64,000 nucleotides of DNA from Dictyoglomaceae bacterium (lineage in GTDB: Bacteria > Dictyoglomota > Dictyoglomia > Dictyoglomales > Dictyoglomaceae): NCBI GenBank assembly GCA_049718665.1, contig JBNARO010000004.1:7815-71814 (forward strand), written 5' to 3'. The notes under the pieces were generated by a model, which saw nothing but the letters and a program-made list of their open reading frames with translations, had not been told where the DNA came from and did not search any database. Shown here piece by piece: positions 35,213 to 44,161 of the stretch. The position numbers and the translations under genes were made by a program. Position 1 is the first letter of the stretch. Each line of letters opens with the position of its first letter.

Positions 35213-35987
35213 CTAAGAAGAGAAAAAGAATAGAAAAGAAAAGGATTATTATTAAAAACAAAATATCAGAAAAGAGAATTTTACTTTTTCTATGAAAACC
35301 CATATCTTTACTAAATCCTCGAGAGATCATTCCTTGAAAAACTTCTTTTGAAAGTTCATGAGTTTTTATAGCCATAATCCCTATGCTTTCACCTACCCAA
35401 TTTTGTTCTCTTTTTAATTTAAGTTCTATAGTTCTGCTTTTCTTTGCCAAAAAGAGATTTTCTGCTATATCAAGAAGAAGAAATATATATCTATAACTCA
35501 TAGTTAGAATAGTTACAATAATAGGAGGAACCCCCACCCCCCGTAGTCCTGAAAAAATTTTCACCCAGGAAGTTGTAAGAATAAGAATCTGAACATAGGA
35601 GATAGATACCGCAACTCTTAAAACAAGTCTTATGGCATTTTCAAGCCCTTCTCTTGTAAATCCAAAAGAGAACTTTCCAGGAACTAAAAAGATAGAAGGA
35701 ATTGCAATAATAACAGTAAAAATAGGAATAAAAAACCATGTTCTTTTTAAAAAAGTTTTTATATTTATCTTACCTAAAAAAGCAAAAAGTATACTTAAAA
35801 GGTAAAAAACAAAAAGATTTTCCAAATTCTTTAAAAGGCTTATAGTAATGAGAATAAAAAGAAGTGAAATAATCTTTATACGCTCATCTATTTCTGAAAG
35901 AAAAGATTCTTTTATCTCTTCAAATAAAAGAGTGTCTTTTAATACTTTACTTATATCTTTTAAAGTTTTATCAATGAAATTACTCAT
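35178..35987 (-). CDS. nikQ: ECF transporter transmembrane component (CbiQ/NikQ)
   Basis: 269-aa polytopic protein located between the ATPase and CbiM-type genes. Confidence 0.8.
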   Translation of the reverse strand: MSNFIDKTLKDISKVLKDTLLFEEIKESFLSEIDERIKIISLLFILITISLLKNLENLFVFYLLSILFAFLGKINIKTFLKRTWFFIPIFTVIIAIPSIFLVPGKFSFGFTREGLENAIRLVLRVAVSISYVQILILTTSWVKIFSGLRGVGVPPIIVTILTMSYRYIFLLLDIAENLFLAKKSRTIELKLKREQNWVGESIGIMAIKTHELSKEVFQGMISRGFSKDMGFHRKSKILFSDILFLIIILFFSILFLFLDGVLYGKRSFI

Positions 35988-36309
35988 GGTTTTTCTTAGA
36001 AAGCAGTTTCCCTAATAAATAGCTTACTAAAACTACTATTCCAACTCCTATAAAACCCGAGATTATATACCCAAGAGATTGATGAAATAAACTTCCATTT
36101 TCCCATATACTTAGATTATAGTCAGGGAAAATAGGTTTTCCAAGAGAAGATAATTTTTCCAGTCCCTCCGGGACATAACCGAGAAGTTCTTTTAATTCTT
36201 CAGGACCCCATTCTCCCCAAGCAGAACCTGCATTTAAAAGATAAGGTAAGATAATCCCAAGAGGAGAAAGAATTACAAGAACAAAAATTATCTTCCATAA
36301 ATTACGCAT
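35980..36309 (-). CDS. nikN: PDGLE-domain small membrane component (NikN/CbiN-like)
   Basis: N- and C-terminal TM helices flanking GSAWGEWGPEEL...VPEGLEKL. Confidence 0.7.
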   Translation of the reverse strand: MRNLWKIIFVLVILSPLGIILPYLLNAGSAWGEWGPEELKELLGYVPEGLEKLSSLGKPIFPDYNLSIWENGSLFHQSLGYIISGFIGVGIVVLVSYLLGKLLSKKNHE

Positions 36310-36979
36310 ATTCCCACTCCTTTATCATTTTAGATTTTATAAGATAAGATAGGGCTGCCATAGTAACAATAGCTTCTATCCATCCAAATAAAAGAAGATG
36401 CTCTACCATCATAGCGGGAATAGTAACTGAAAGAGGATAGGGACAGTATAAAGGTATTCCCTCTTTTGTATGACTTATGATAGGTTGAAGCCCCAGCTCA
36501 ATAGCAGTAAACAAAGCTGCCATATTTAACCCTACGTATGCAGCTATTCCTGCAGAAATAATAGCCTTTCTTGAAGTAATGGGATTATTACCTTTTAATA
36601 TTTTATATACAAAATATCCAGTAAATGGCATTATAAAAGCCATATTAAAGCAGTTAGCCCCAATAGCGGTAATACCTCCATCTCCAAAAATCAAAGCCTG
36701 AATAATAAGAACAATAGAGATAATAATAGATGTAGCCCAAGGACCTAAAAGTATAGAAAGAAGCACTCCTCCTACAGCATGTCCCGTGGTTCCACCAGGG
36801 ATAGGAATATTAAACATCATAATAACGAAAGAAAAAGCAGATCCTAGGGCAAGAAGAGGAATTTGAGAGGTTTTTAAAGTCTTTTTGAGAAAATTATAGG
36901 CTCTTACCCATATGGGAACCATAACTACAAACATACTTCCATAAGTTTGAGGACCTAAATATCCATCAGGTATATGCAT
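36302..36979 (-). CDS. nikM: CbiM/NikM substrate-capture component
   Basis: Starts MHIPDGYL, the invariant metal-binding N-terminus of CbiM/NikM. 225 aa, multi-TM. Confidence 0.9.
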   Translation of the reverse strand: MHIPDGYLGPQTYGSMFVVMVPIWVRAYNFLKKTLKTSQIPLLALGSAFSFVIMMFNIPIPGGTTGHAVGGVLLSILLGPWATSIIISIVLIIQALIFGDGGITAIGANCFNMAFIMPFTGYFVYKILKGNNPITSRKAIISAGIAAYVGLNMAALFTAIELGLQPIISHTKEGIPLYCPYPLSVTIPAMMVEHLLLFGWIEAIVTMAALSYLIKSKMIKEWEYA

Positions 36980-37037
36980 AATTCACCTCCAACTTAACAA
37001 AAATTTTTAAAAAAGTGTTACCAAAAAGTAAAAAAAA

Positions 37038-37445
37038 TTAAAGAATATCAGTTATAGAAATATTAGTGTGCCTTACCCATTTTAAAGAAGAAATCTCATC
37101 ATAAAGCTTTTTTATTCTCTCCACTTCTCCTTTTACCACTATAACTTCGAGACAGTTTTTCTCATCAAAGTGGACATGCAAAGAAGAAATGATAATATCA
37201 TGATAGTGATGCTGAATATCTGTAAGTTTATCCACAAGTCCATGAACATCATGATCATAAATAACACTTATGGTTCCCGCAATTCTTTCTCCTTTTACTT
37301 CCCATTTTTCTTTGATAATATAATCCCGAATAAGGTCTCTAATAGCCTCTGACCTACTGTTATAACCTTTACTCTCGATAATTTCATCAAACTTCTCTAA
37401 AAGATCATCCTCTATGGAAACTCCAAAACGTTTTATATAGTTCAT
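37038..37445 (-). CDS. nikR: nickel-responsive regulator NikR (ribbon-helix-helix plus ACT-like metal-binding domain)
   Basis: IKRFGVSIEDDLLEKFDEIIESKGYNSRSEAIRDLIRD, plus the HHYHD / H.H..C nickel-site residues. Start set to MNYIKRF because a TGTTATAAT promoter lies inside the longer ORF. Confidence 0.88.
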   Translation of the reverse strand: MNYIKRFGVSIEDDLLEKFDEIIESKGYNSRSEAIRDLIRDYIIKEKWEVKGERIAGTISVIYDHDVHGLVDKLTDIQHHYHDIIISSLHVHFDEKNCLEVIVVKGEVERIKKLYDEISSLKWVRHTNISITDIL

Positions 37446-37475
37446 GTCCATCCTAAAATAACACTTTTTGTAAAA

Positions 37476-37517
37476 ATTATAACACAAAATTAAATTGAAT
37501 GCAATTTTTAGTATAAT
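37476..37517. promoter_or_regulatory. back-to-back nikR and larE promoters sharing a central palindrome
   Basis: Minus strand: TTGCAT-N17-TATAAT with an upstream TG. Plus strand: TTAAAT-N16-TATAAT. Palindrome AAATTG-AATG-CAATTT at 37492-37507. Confidence 0.5.
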
Positions 37518-37552
37518 ATCTCGAAAACTAATAAAGAAAGGAGAAAATAATT

Positions 37553-38380
37553 ATGAATGAATTATTAAAAGAGAAGTTAGAAGCTTTAAAGGAATTACTT
37601 AAAAGTATGAGAAAAGTAGCTATTGCTTTTTCAGGAGGTGTTGATAGTACCTTTCTTTTGAAGGTAGCACGGGATGTTTTGGGAGATAATGTTATGGCTA
37701 TAACATTAGTTTCTCCCTTGTATCCTAAGAGGGAGATTAAGGAGGCAAAAGAAATTGCAAGAACCTTAGGAGTAAAACATATAATAGAACAAGAAGAATC
37801 TATATTGAAAAATTCTGCTTTTTTAGACAATCCACCTAATAGATGCTATTTATGCAAAAAAGAAGAATTTGAGAAAATTCTGGATATAGCCAAGAAACAT
37901 GATATTTCCTATGTATTAGATGGAAGTAATAAGGATGATTTGGAAGATTATAGACCTGGAAGGGAGGCTTTAAAAGAGCTTGGTGTAAGAAGTCCTCTTT
38001 TGGAGATAGGCTTTACAAAAAGAGAAATAAGAGAATTATCTAAGGAATTCGGTCTTCCCACCTATGATAAGCCTTCCTTAGCATGTCTTGCTTCAAGATT
38101 CCCATATGGACAAAGGATAGACGTGGAATCTTTAAGAAAAATTGATGAAGCAGAAGAGTTTTTAAGAGATCTTGGGATAAAACAAGTTAGGGTTAGAAAT
38201 TATAAAGATATGGCTCGGATAGAAGTAGATAAAGAGAGTTTTAGACTATTTTTTGATGATAATATAAGGAGAAAAATTGTAGAAAAATTTAAAGAATTGG
38301 GGTATATTTATATAACTTTAGATCTGGAAGGATATCGAACAGGAAGTATGAATGAAGTATTATGGGGGAAGAAAAAATGA
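37553..38380 (+). CDS. larE: LarE, ATP-dependent sulfur transferase for the nickel-pincer (NPN) cofactor
   Basis: PP-loop AFSGGVDST, the ACLASRFPYG motif, and an additional CYLC pair. Confidence 0.85.
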   Translation: MNELLKEKLEALKELLKSMRKVAIAFSGGVDSTFLLKVARDVLGDNVMAITLVSPLYPKREIKEAKEIARTLGVKHIIEQEESILKNSAFLDNPPNRCYLCKKEEFEKILDIAKKHDISYVLDGSNKDDLEDYRPGREALKELGVRSPLLEIGFTKREIRELSKEFGLPTYDKPSLACLASRFPYGQRIDVESLRKIDEAEEFLRDLGIKQVRVRNYKDMARIEVDKESFRLFFDDNIRRKIVEKFKELGYIYITLDLEGYRTGSMNEVLWGKKK

Positions 38381-39135
38381 GTAGGGAGAAAATAAGGGAA
38401 ATATTAGAGAAAATAAAAAAGGGAGAATTAGATATTGAGGAGGGTTTAGAAAAACTCAGTTTTTTACCTTATGAAGATTTGGGATATGCAAAAGTAGATT
38501 ATCAAAGAAGTATTACAAAAGGTTTTCCTGAAGTAGTATTTTGTCAAGGAAAAACACCAGAGCAAGTAGTTAATATAATGGAGAAACTTCTTTTGAAAAA
38601 TTCAAGGGTTTTAGCCACAAGAGCAGAGAAGGAGGTATTTGAGAAAGTAAAATCAAAAATAAAAGATGCAAGATATAATGAGATTGCAAAAACTATAACA
38701 GTAATAAGAGAAGATTATGAAAAGAAAGGAAAAGTTGTAGTTGCTTGCGCGGGAACAGCTGATCTCCCTGTAGCAGAGGAAGCTGTAGAGACTGCAGAAA
38801 TAACAGGAAGCAATGTAGAGAGAGTATATGATATAGGTATAGCAGGACTTCATAGATTGTTAGACAAAATAAATATTTTAAGAAGCGCTAATGTGATTGT
38901 TGCTGTTGCAGGTATGGAAGGAGCTCTTCCCTCTGTTATGGGAGGACTTGTTGATAAACCTATCATTGCGGTTCCTACAAGTGTAGGATATGGGGCAAGT
39001 TTTAAGGGGTTATCTGCCCTTCTTACTATGTTAAATAGTTGTGTCCCAGGAATAGCAGTGGTAAATATAGATAATGGATTTTCTGCAGGGTATTTAGCAA
39101 GTATGATAAACCTTTTGGTGGAGGGAAAAAGATGA
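38377..39135 (+). CDS. larB: LarB, NaAD carboxylase/hydrolase (PurE-like) for the NPN cofactor
   Basis: PurE-like C-terminal domain ([16 protein letters not shown]...[12 protein letters not shown]). ATG 38377 overlaps the larE stop (ATGA); the track's 38362 start is an alternative. Confidence 0.85.
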   Translation: MSREKIREILEKIKKGELDIEEGLEKLSFLPYEDLGYAKVDYQRSITKGFPEVVFCQGKTPEQVVNIMEKLLLKNSRVLATRAEKEVFEKVKSKIKDARYNEIAKTITVIREDYEKKGKVVVACAGTADLPVAEEAVETAEITGSNVERVYDIGIAGLHRLLDKINILRSANVIVAVAGMEGALPSVMGGLVDKPIIAVPTSVGYGASFKGLSALLTMLNSCVPGIAVVNIDNGFSAGYLASMINLLVEGKR

Positions 39136-40289
39136 TAATATATTTTGATTGTTTTTCTGGAATAAGTGGAGATATGATTCTTGGAGCTCTTTTAGATTTA
39201 GGATTGGATCCTGAAATATGGAAAAATGAATTAAAGAAATTACCTTTAGAAGGTTATGAGATAAAAATTAGTAAAAAAACTAAAGGATTTCTGCAAGGGA
39301 CTGATGTGGAAATAATTACCTACGATGAAAAAAAACATCGTCATCTTTCAGACCTCTTTGAGATAGTAGAAAGAAGTAGTGTATCTAATAAAGTTAAAAA
39401 ACTATCCAAAAAGGCATTTATAAAACTTGCAGAGGCGGAATCCAAAATTCACAATGAACCTATAGAAGAAGTGCATTTTCATGAAATAGGGGCTATAGAT
39501 ACTATTATTGATATAGTAGGAAGCTTCTTGGCATTAGAACTTCTGAATATTGAAGAGGTTTATTCCTCTCCTCTTCCCTTAGGAGAGGGTTTTGTTGAAA
39601 CTTCTCATGGGATTATTCCTATCCCCGCTCCCGCTACAGTAGAAATTCTGAAAGGAGTTCCTGTATATTCTAATGGGGTAAAAGGAGAATTAGTAACTCC
39701 TACAGGAGCTGTTATTATTTCTACTATAGCAAAAGAATTTGGTCCTCTTCCATTTATGAAGATAGATAAAATAGGATATGGAGCAGGGAAGAAAGATTTT
39801 TCTATACCTAATCTTTTAAGAGTATTTTTGGGAGAAAAAGTTGTTAATGTAAAAGAAGAAAAAAATCTTGTTATTGAGGCAAATATTGATGATATGAGCC
39901 CTCAAGTTTATGGATATTTAATGGAAAAACTTTTTGAGAAAGGAGCATTAGATGTAACTTTAACTCCCATATTCATGAAAAAGGGAAGACCTGGGATTCT
40001 TCTTACTGTTCTTATAGAACCTTGGAAAGAGGAGGAAATAACTGAGATTTTATTTAAAGAGACCACAACAATCGGTTTTAGAAAATACTTTGTAGAAAAG
40101 AAAATGATGGAAAGGGAAATAAAAGAAGTAGATACTTTGTGGGGGAAAGTTAGAGTAAAAATCTCTAAGTATGGATCCTTTGAAAAAATGTCCCCTGAAT
40201 ATGATGACTGCAAAAAAATTGCAGAAAGAGAAAATATACCTTTAATAGAAATTATAAAAGAAGTAGAAAGAATAGCTAAAAGAAAGTAG
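39132..40289 (+). CDS. larC: LarC, nickel insertase (CTP-dependent cyclometallase)
   Basis: [24 protein letters not shown] is the LarC/DUF111 N-terminus. Overlaps the larB stop. Confidence 0.88.
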   Translation: MIIYFDCFSGISGDMILGALLDLGLDPEIWKNELKKLPLEGYEIKISKKTKGFLQGTDVEIITYDEKKHRHLSDLFEIVERSSVSNKVKKLSKKAFIKLAEAESKIHNEPIEEVHFHEIGAIDTIIDIVGSFLALELLNIEEVYSSPLPLGEGFVETSHGIIPIPAPATVEILKGVPVYSNGVKGELVTPTGAVIISTIAKEFGPLPFMKIDKIGYGAGKKDFSIPNLLRVFLGEKVVNVKEEKNLVIEANIDDMSPQVYGYLMEKLFEKGALDVTLTPIFMKKGRPGILLTVLIEPWKEEEITEILFKETTTIGFRKYFVEKKMMEREIKEVDTLWGKVRVKISKYGSFEKMSPEYDDCKKIAERENIPLIEIIKEVERIAKRK

Positions 40290-41451
40290 CTTTATGTTTT
40301 TTGTAAATTTTTTCAGAAAGCTCATCAAGAGCTTTAAAATCTTCTTCCTTTGGGAGTCCTCTTACAAGTACAGGGTCTAAAATTTCAATATCAAGATTAT
40401 TTATCATGCTCTTCAAAATATCTAAGGTTTTCCCACCCCATCCATAAGAGCCAATAATGGTTAAAAATTTTGCCTTTGGCTTAAGAGCATTAGCAAGGAA
40501 GACTGCATAAGCAACTTTTGGGTGAGGTCCAGAAAGTACAGTGGGTGTTCCTAATACTATGGTCCCTGCATCCACAAGTGCCATAGCTAACTTTCCTATA
40601 TCTGCAACAGAGAGGTCAAAGATTTCTACTTTAATTCCCTTTTCTACTAATTTTTCAGTTAAATGTTCTACCATTATCTTTGTGCTATTATGCATTGAAA
40701 TATAGGAAATGACTACAATATTTTTGGGAGGATTATTTACCCAATCGTTATAAGCATTGATAATAAAAGAGGGATTTTGATAAATAGGACCATGACTTGG
40801 AGCAATCATTTCAATTTCATATGGTTTTATCTTCTCTAAATTTTTTTGAATTATGATTCTGAAGGGCATCATGATCTCTGCATAGTATCTTTTTGCTGAT
40901 TCATAAACCAATCCCTCATCAGTTACAAAGAGATCTGATATTGCAAGGTGAGATCCAAATAAATCACAGGTAAAAAGTATTTTATCCTCTTGTAGGTAAC
41001 TTACCATAGTTTCAGGCCAGTGAACCCAAGGAGTATATATGAATTTTAAAGTTTTATCTCCTAAAGAGAGAGTTTCTCCATCTGAGACAGTAATAAATCT
41101 ATCTTCTGGAATATGTAAATGGGTAGAAAGAAGCTCTTTTCCTTTTTGACTTGTTACCACTTTTGCAGATTTATACCTTTCAAGAACTAATGGGATAGTT
41201 CCTGAATGATCCTGCTCCGCATGATGAGAAATAATATAATCTATATGAGGGACATTTTCTAAATATGAAAAGAGCAGATGAGCCATTGTGGGATCGACAG
41301 TATCTATTAACACAATTTTTTCACTTCCCTTTATTAAATAAGCATTATAACTTGTTCCATCTGGAAGAGGAATTAAGGCATCAAAGAGTCTTCTATTCCA
41401 ATCTACCGCACCTACATAATATATTCCTTCTTTAATCTTTCTTAGTTCCAT
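40276..41451 (-). CDS. flavodiiron protein (FprA-type; metallo-beta-lactamase plus flavodoxin domains)
   Basis: [11 protein letters not shown] diiron motif and a flavodoxin-like C-terminus. Start set to MELRKIKEG, which has GGAGGG 6 nt upstream. Confidence 0.88.
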   Translation of the reverse strand: MELRKIKEGIYYVGAVDWNRRLFDALIPLPDGTSYNAYLIKGSEKIVLIDTVDPTMAHLLFSYLENVPHIDYIISHHAEQDHSGTIPLVLERYKSAKVVTSQKGKELLSTHLHIPEDRFITVSDGETLSLGDKTLKFIYTPWVHWPETMVSYLQEDKILFTCDLFGSHLAISDLFVTDEGLVYESAKRYYAEIMMPFRIIIQKNLEKIKPYEIEMIAPSHGPIYQNPSFIINAYNDWVNNPPKNIVVISYISMHNSTKIMVEHLTEKLVEKGIKVEIFDLSVADIGKLAMALVDAGTIVLGTPTVLSGPHPKVAYAVFLANALKPKAKFLTIIGSYGWGGKTLDILKSMINNLDIEILDPVLVRGLPKEEDFKALDELSEKIYKKHKATFF

Positions 41452-41580
41452 ATTCTGCCCTCCATAATTTATTCTTTTTAGTATTATTTTTATATTCATT
41501 ATAATCCCTTTCAAATAAAATTGCAAATATTTCTCATTTTAATTTTATTTATAGTGCTCTATTCTTTCGTTTGAGTTTTA

Positions 41581-41609
41581 TTGAACTTTTTTTAAAGTTA
41601 TGTTAAACT
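41581..41609 (+). promoter_or_regulatory. promoter upstream of the amylase leader
   Basis: TTGAAC, 17-nt spacer containing TG, then TAAACT. Confidence 0.45.
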
Positions 41610-41644
41610 TCAAAAGAAGCATGGGGTAAGAAAAGAGGAGAGGG

Positions 41645-41683
41645 ACCCCGGGAATTTTCCCGGGGTTTAATTATTAATTATTT
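41645..41683 (+). terminator. terminator-like hairpin inside the amylase 5' leader (attenuator or small-RNA end)
   Basis: ACCCCGGG-AATTTT-CCCGGGGT 8-bp stem followed by TTAATTATTAATTATTT. No upstream gene on either strand could use it as its terminator. Confidence 0.5.
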
Positions 41684-41699
41684 GGAGATATAGGGAGAT

Positions 41700-43205
41700 A
41701 TGAGAATGTATAAAAAATTTATTTTAGCTCTCTTTTTCTTATTTTTATCTTTATCTTCTAATTTTTCTAACTCTATTCCTTGGTATAAAGATGCAATTTT
41801 CTACGAGGTGTTTGTAAGATCCTTTGCAGACAGTGATGGGGATGGGGTAGGAGATTTAAGAGGATTGATGAAGAAATTAGATTATCTTAATGATGGAAAT
41901 CCTAATACCGATAGGGATTTAGGGGTTAATGCCCTTTGGCTTATGCCCATATTTCTTTCTCCAAGCTATCATGGATATGATGTGGTGGATTATTATGACA
42001 TAAACCCCAATTATGGGGATATAAAAGATTTTGAAGAATTTTTGAAAGAGGCTCATAAAAGGGGAATTAAAGTAATATTAGATCTTGTTATAAATCATAC
42101 ATCTTTTTTGCATCCTTGGTTTAAATCTGCAAGCTCTTCTTATCTTTCTCCCTATAGAAATTTTTACCTTTGGAGTTCTGAGTTACCAAAATCTAATTCT
42201 CAATTTTGGTATAGGTCTAATACAGGATATTATTATGGATTCTTTTGGTCTGGTATGCCTGATTTAAATTATGACGAGAAAAGAGTAAGAGATGAGGTTA
42301 AAAAAATTGCAAAATTTTGGTTGGATAAGGGGGTGGATGGATTTAGATTAGATGCAGCAAAGCATATATATGATGAGCATGACAAAAACATTTCATGGTG
42401 GAAGGAATTTTATAATTATGTGAAGAGTATAAAAAAAGATGTGTATCTTGTGGGAGAGGTTTGGGATAGCGAAGATGTAATAGCAAGATATTATGAGGGA
42501 CTACCTTCAAATTTTAATTTTCCATTGGCTCAGAGAATTATAAATACTGTAGCAAGACAGTATGATAGGGGTCTTATTGACTATCTTTTGGAGGAAAGAA
42601 AATTATTTTCAGAATATAATCCTGATTTTGCAGATGCTATATTTTTAACAAATCATGATCAAAATAGAGTGATGAATCTATTTGGAGGAAGTATAGATAA
42701 AGCGATTCTTTCTGCTTCTATTTATTTAACACTGCCAGGAACTCCTTTTATATATTATGGAGAAGAGATCGGGATGAGTGGTGCAAAGCCAGATGAATAT
42801 ATTAGAGAACCTTTTGAATGGAGTAGTGATTTAAAGGGAGATTATCAAACTATGTGGATAAGACCTTTATATGCAAAACCTAATGATGGAATTTCTGTAG
42901 AGGAACAAGACTTAGATCCTAACAGTATTTTGAATCACTACCGAAGATTAATTAATTTAAGGTTAAAATATAAAGCATTATCTTATGGAGATGTAGAAAG
43001 GGTAGAGATAAAAGATCCTACAATCTTAGCTTATGTAAGGAAATGGGGAGAAGAGAAATTTCTTATAATTCATAACTTAAATAGAGTTGAGAATGTTTTT
43101 TCTTATTCTCTTCCAAAGGATTTTAAGATTCTTTATTCTCGGAATTCAAAAATAGATAAAAATATAATTTTAGAGGGTTTCGGAAGTATTATAATTAAAA
43201 TTTAA
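41700..43205 (+). CDS. secreted GH13 alpha-amylase-family glycoside hydrolase
   Basis: Signal peptide. GH13 conserved regions DLVINHTS, GFRLDAAKH, GEVW and FLTNHDQ, plus the SDGDGVGDL calcium loop. Confidence 0.92.
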   Translation: MRMYKKFILALFFLFLSLSSNFSNSIPWYKDAIFYEVFVRSFADSDGDGVGDLRGLMKKLDYLNDGNPNTDRDLGVNALWLMPIFLSPSYHGYDVVDYYDINPNYGDIKDFEEFLKEAHKRGIKVILDLVINHTSFLHPWFKSASSSYLSPYRNFYLWSSELPKSNSQFWYRSNTGYYYGFFWSGMPDLNYDEKRVRDEVKKIAKFWLDKGVDGFRLDAAKHIYDEHDKNISWWKEFYNYVKSIKKDVYLVGEVWDSEDVIARYYEGLPSNFNFPLAQRIINTVARQYDRGLIDYLLEERKLFSEYNPDFADAIFLTNHDQNRVMNLFGGSIDKAILSASIYLTLPGTPFIYYGEEIGMSGAKPDEYIREPFEWSSDLKGDYQTMWIRPLYAKPNDGISVEEQDLDPNSILNHYRRLINLRLKYKALSYGDVERVEIKDPTILAYVRKWGEEKFLIIHNLNRVENVFSYSLPKDFKILYSRNSKIDKNIILEGFGSIIIKI

Positions 43206-44150
43206 GAATTCTTCCCATTTTTCAGAAGATAATATATTCCCATCCATTTCCCAGGCAATAATCCCTGCTCCCAAAGCGGGAGGAATTTTTAATATTTCTA
43301 CCTTTGCCTTATCCGCAAAAATATGAATTTTTGCAGATATATACTCCTTTAGCCAGGGAGCACCTTTATATAGACTTCCCGCAAGAATTACAGGAGTTTC
43401 CTCTTTCATTAATTCTAATTTTTTCATTAATGCGTATACTCCTTTCACCGTCTCATCTACAATTCTTTCTCCAATTTTTTTTGCTACAAGATCTCCCTCT
43501 TCTATAGCTTTAAATAGATATGGGGCAAGATTTAAAGCCTTATACCGTTCCTCATGATAATAATAAAGTTTCTTTGCTAACTCATCAAAATTATTTACAG
43601 AAAAGAATTCTAACACAATTTTTTCCAATATTGTTTTTTCTCCTCTCCCATCATAGGATCTAAAAGCATAATGAAGCATCTCTTGAGCTACAGAAGATGC
43701 TCCTCCCCAATCTCCAAAAATATATCCTTCTCCATAGAATCTAAAACTTTTTCCATCTTTTCTTCTTCCATATCCATTAGTTCCCGCACCCATTACTATA
43801 ATTATTCCCCAATAATCCTTTGTCCCTGCTCTTAAGGCAATAGCAGTATCATTTTCTATACAGAAATCCTTTGCTATGCTTAGATTTTCTATCTCTTTTT
43901 TAAGCATCTCAAAGTCTTCTGGAAAATCTGCCCCTGCAAGTCCAAAACAAGCTTTTTCAAATTTTATATCTTTTAAATTTCTCTTAGCTCTTTCAATGGC
44001 TAAAAGCCAATTTTCCTTTGCACTATTGATACCTGCAATCTCATAATTTCCAGGTCCTGACCTTCCAAATCCTATGATTTTCCCCTCTTCATTAAGAATA
44101 ACCGCCTCAGTTTTACTTCCACCAGCATCAATTCCTAAATAATATTTCAT
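43170..44150 (-). CDS. BadF/BadG/BcrA/BcrD-type ATPase (N-acetylglucosamine or glycoside kinase-like)
   Basis: GIDAGGSKTEAV phosphate-1 motif and the actin-fold layout. 326 aa. Confidence 0.8.
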   Translation of the reverse strand: MKYYLGIDAGGSKTEAVILNEEGKIIGFGRSGPGNYEIAGINSAKENWLLAIERAKRNLKDIKFEKACFGLAGADFPEDFEMLKKEIENLSIAKDFCIENDTAIALRAGTKDYWGIIIVMGAGTNGYGRRKDGKSFRFYGEGYIFGDWGGASSVAQEMLHYAFRSYDGRGEKTILEKIVLEFFSVNNFDELAKKLYYYHEERYKALNLAPYLFKAIEEGDLVAKKIGERIVDETVKGVYALMKKLELMKEETPVILAGSLYKGAPWLKEYISAKIHIFADKAKVEILKIPPALGAGIIAWEMDGNILSSEKWEEFLNFNYNTSETL

Positions 44151-44161
44151 TTTTTCACTCC

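Noticed and set aside
37528-37830. 100-aa minus-strand ORF, plus the longer N-terminal extensions of nikR (to 37487) and of the flavodiiron gene (to 41526).
   Set aside because: The minus-strand ORF is antisense to the larE PP-loop region. The nikR extension contains its own TGTTATAAT promoter. The flavodiiron extension precedes a strong GGAGGG-ATG start that matches the family N-terminus.
40276-43205. Convergent 3' overlaps (larC with the flavodiiron gene, 14 nt; the amylase gene with the BadF-type kinase gene, 36 nt), considered as signs of mis-called ends or frameshifts.
   Set aside because: All four ORFs are full length for their families, with plausible C-termini. Short convergent overlaps are common in compact genomes.
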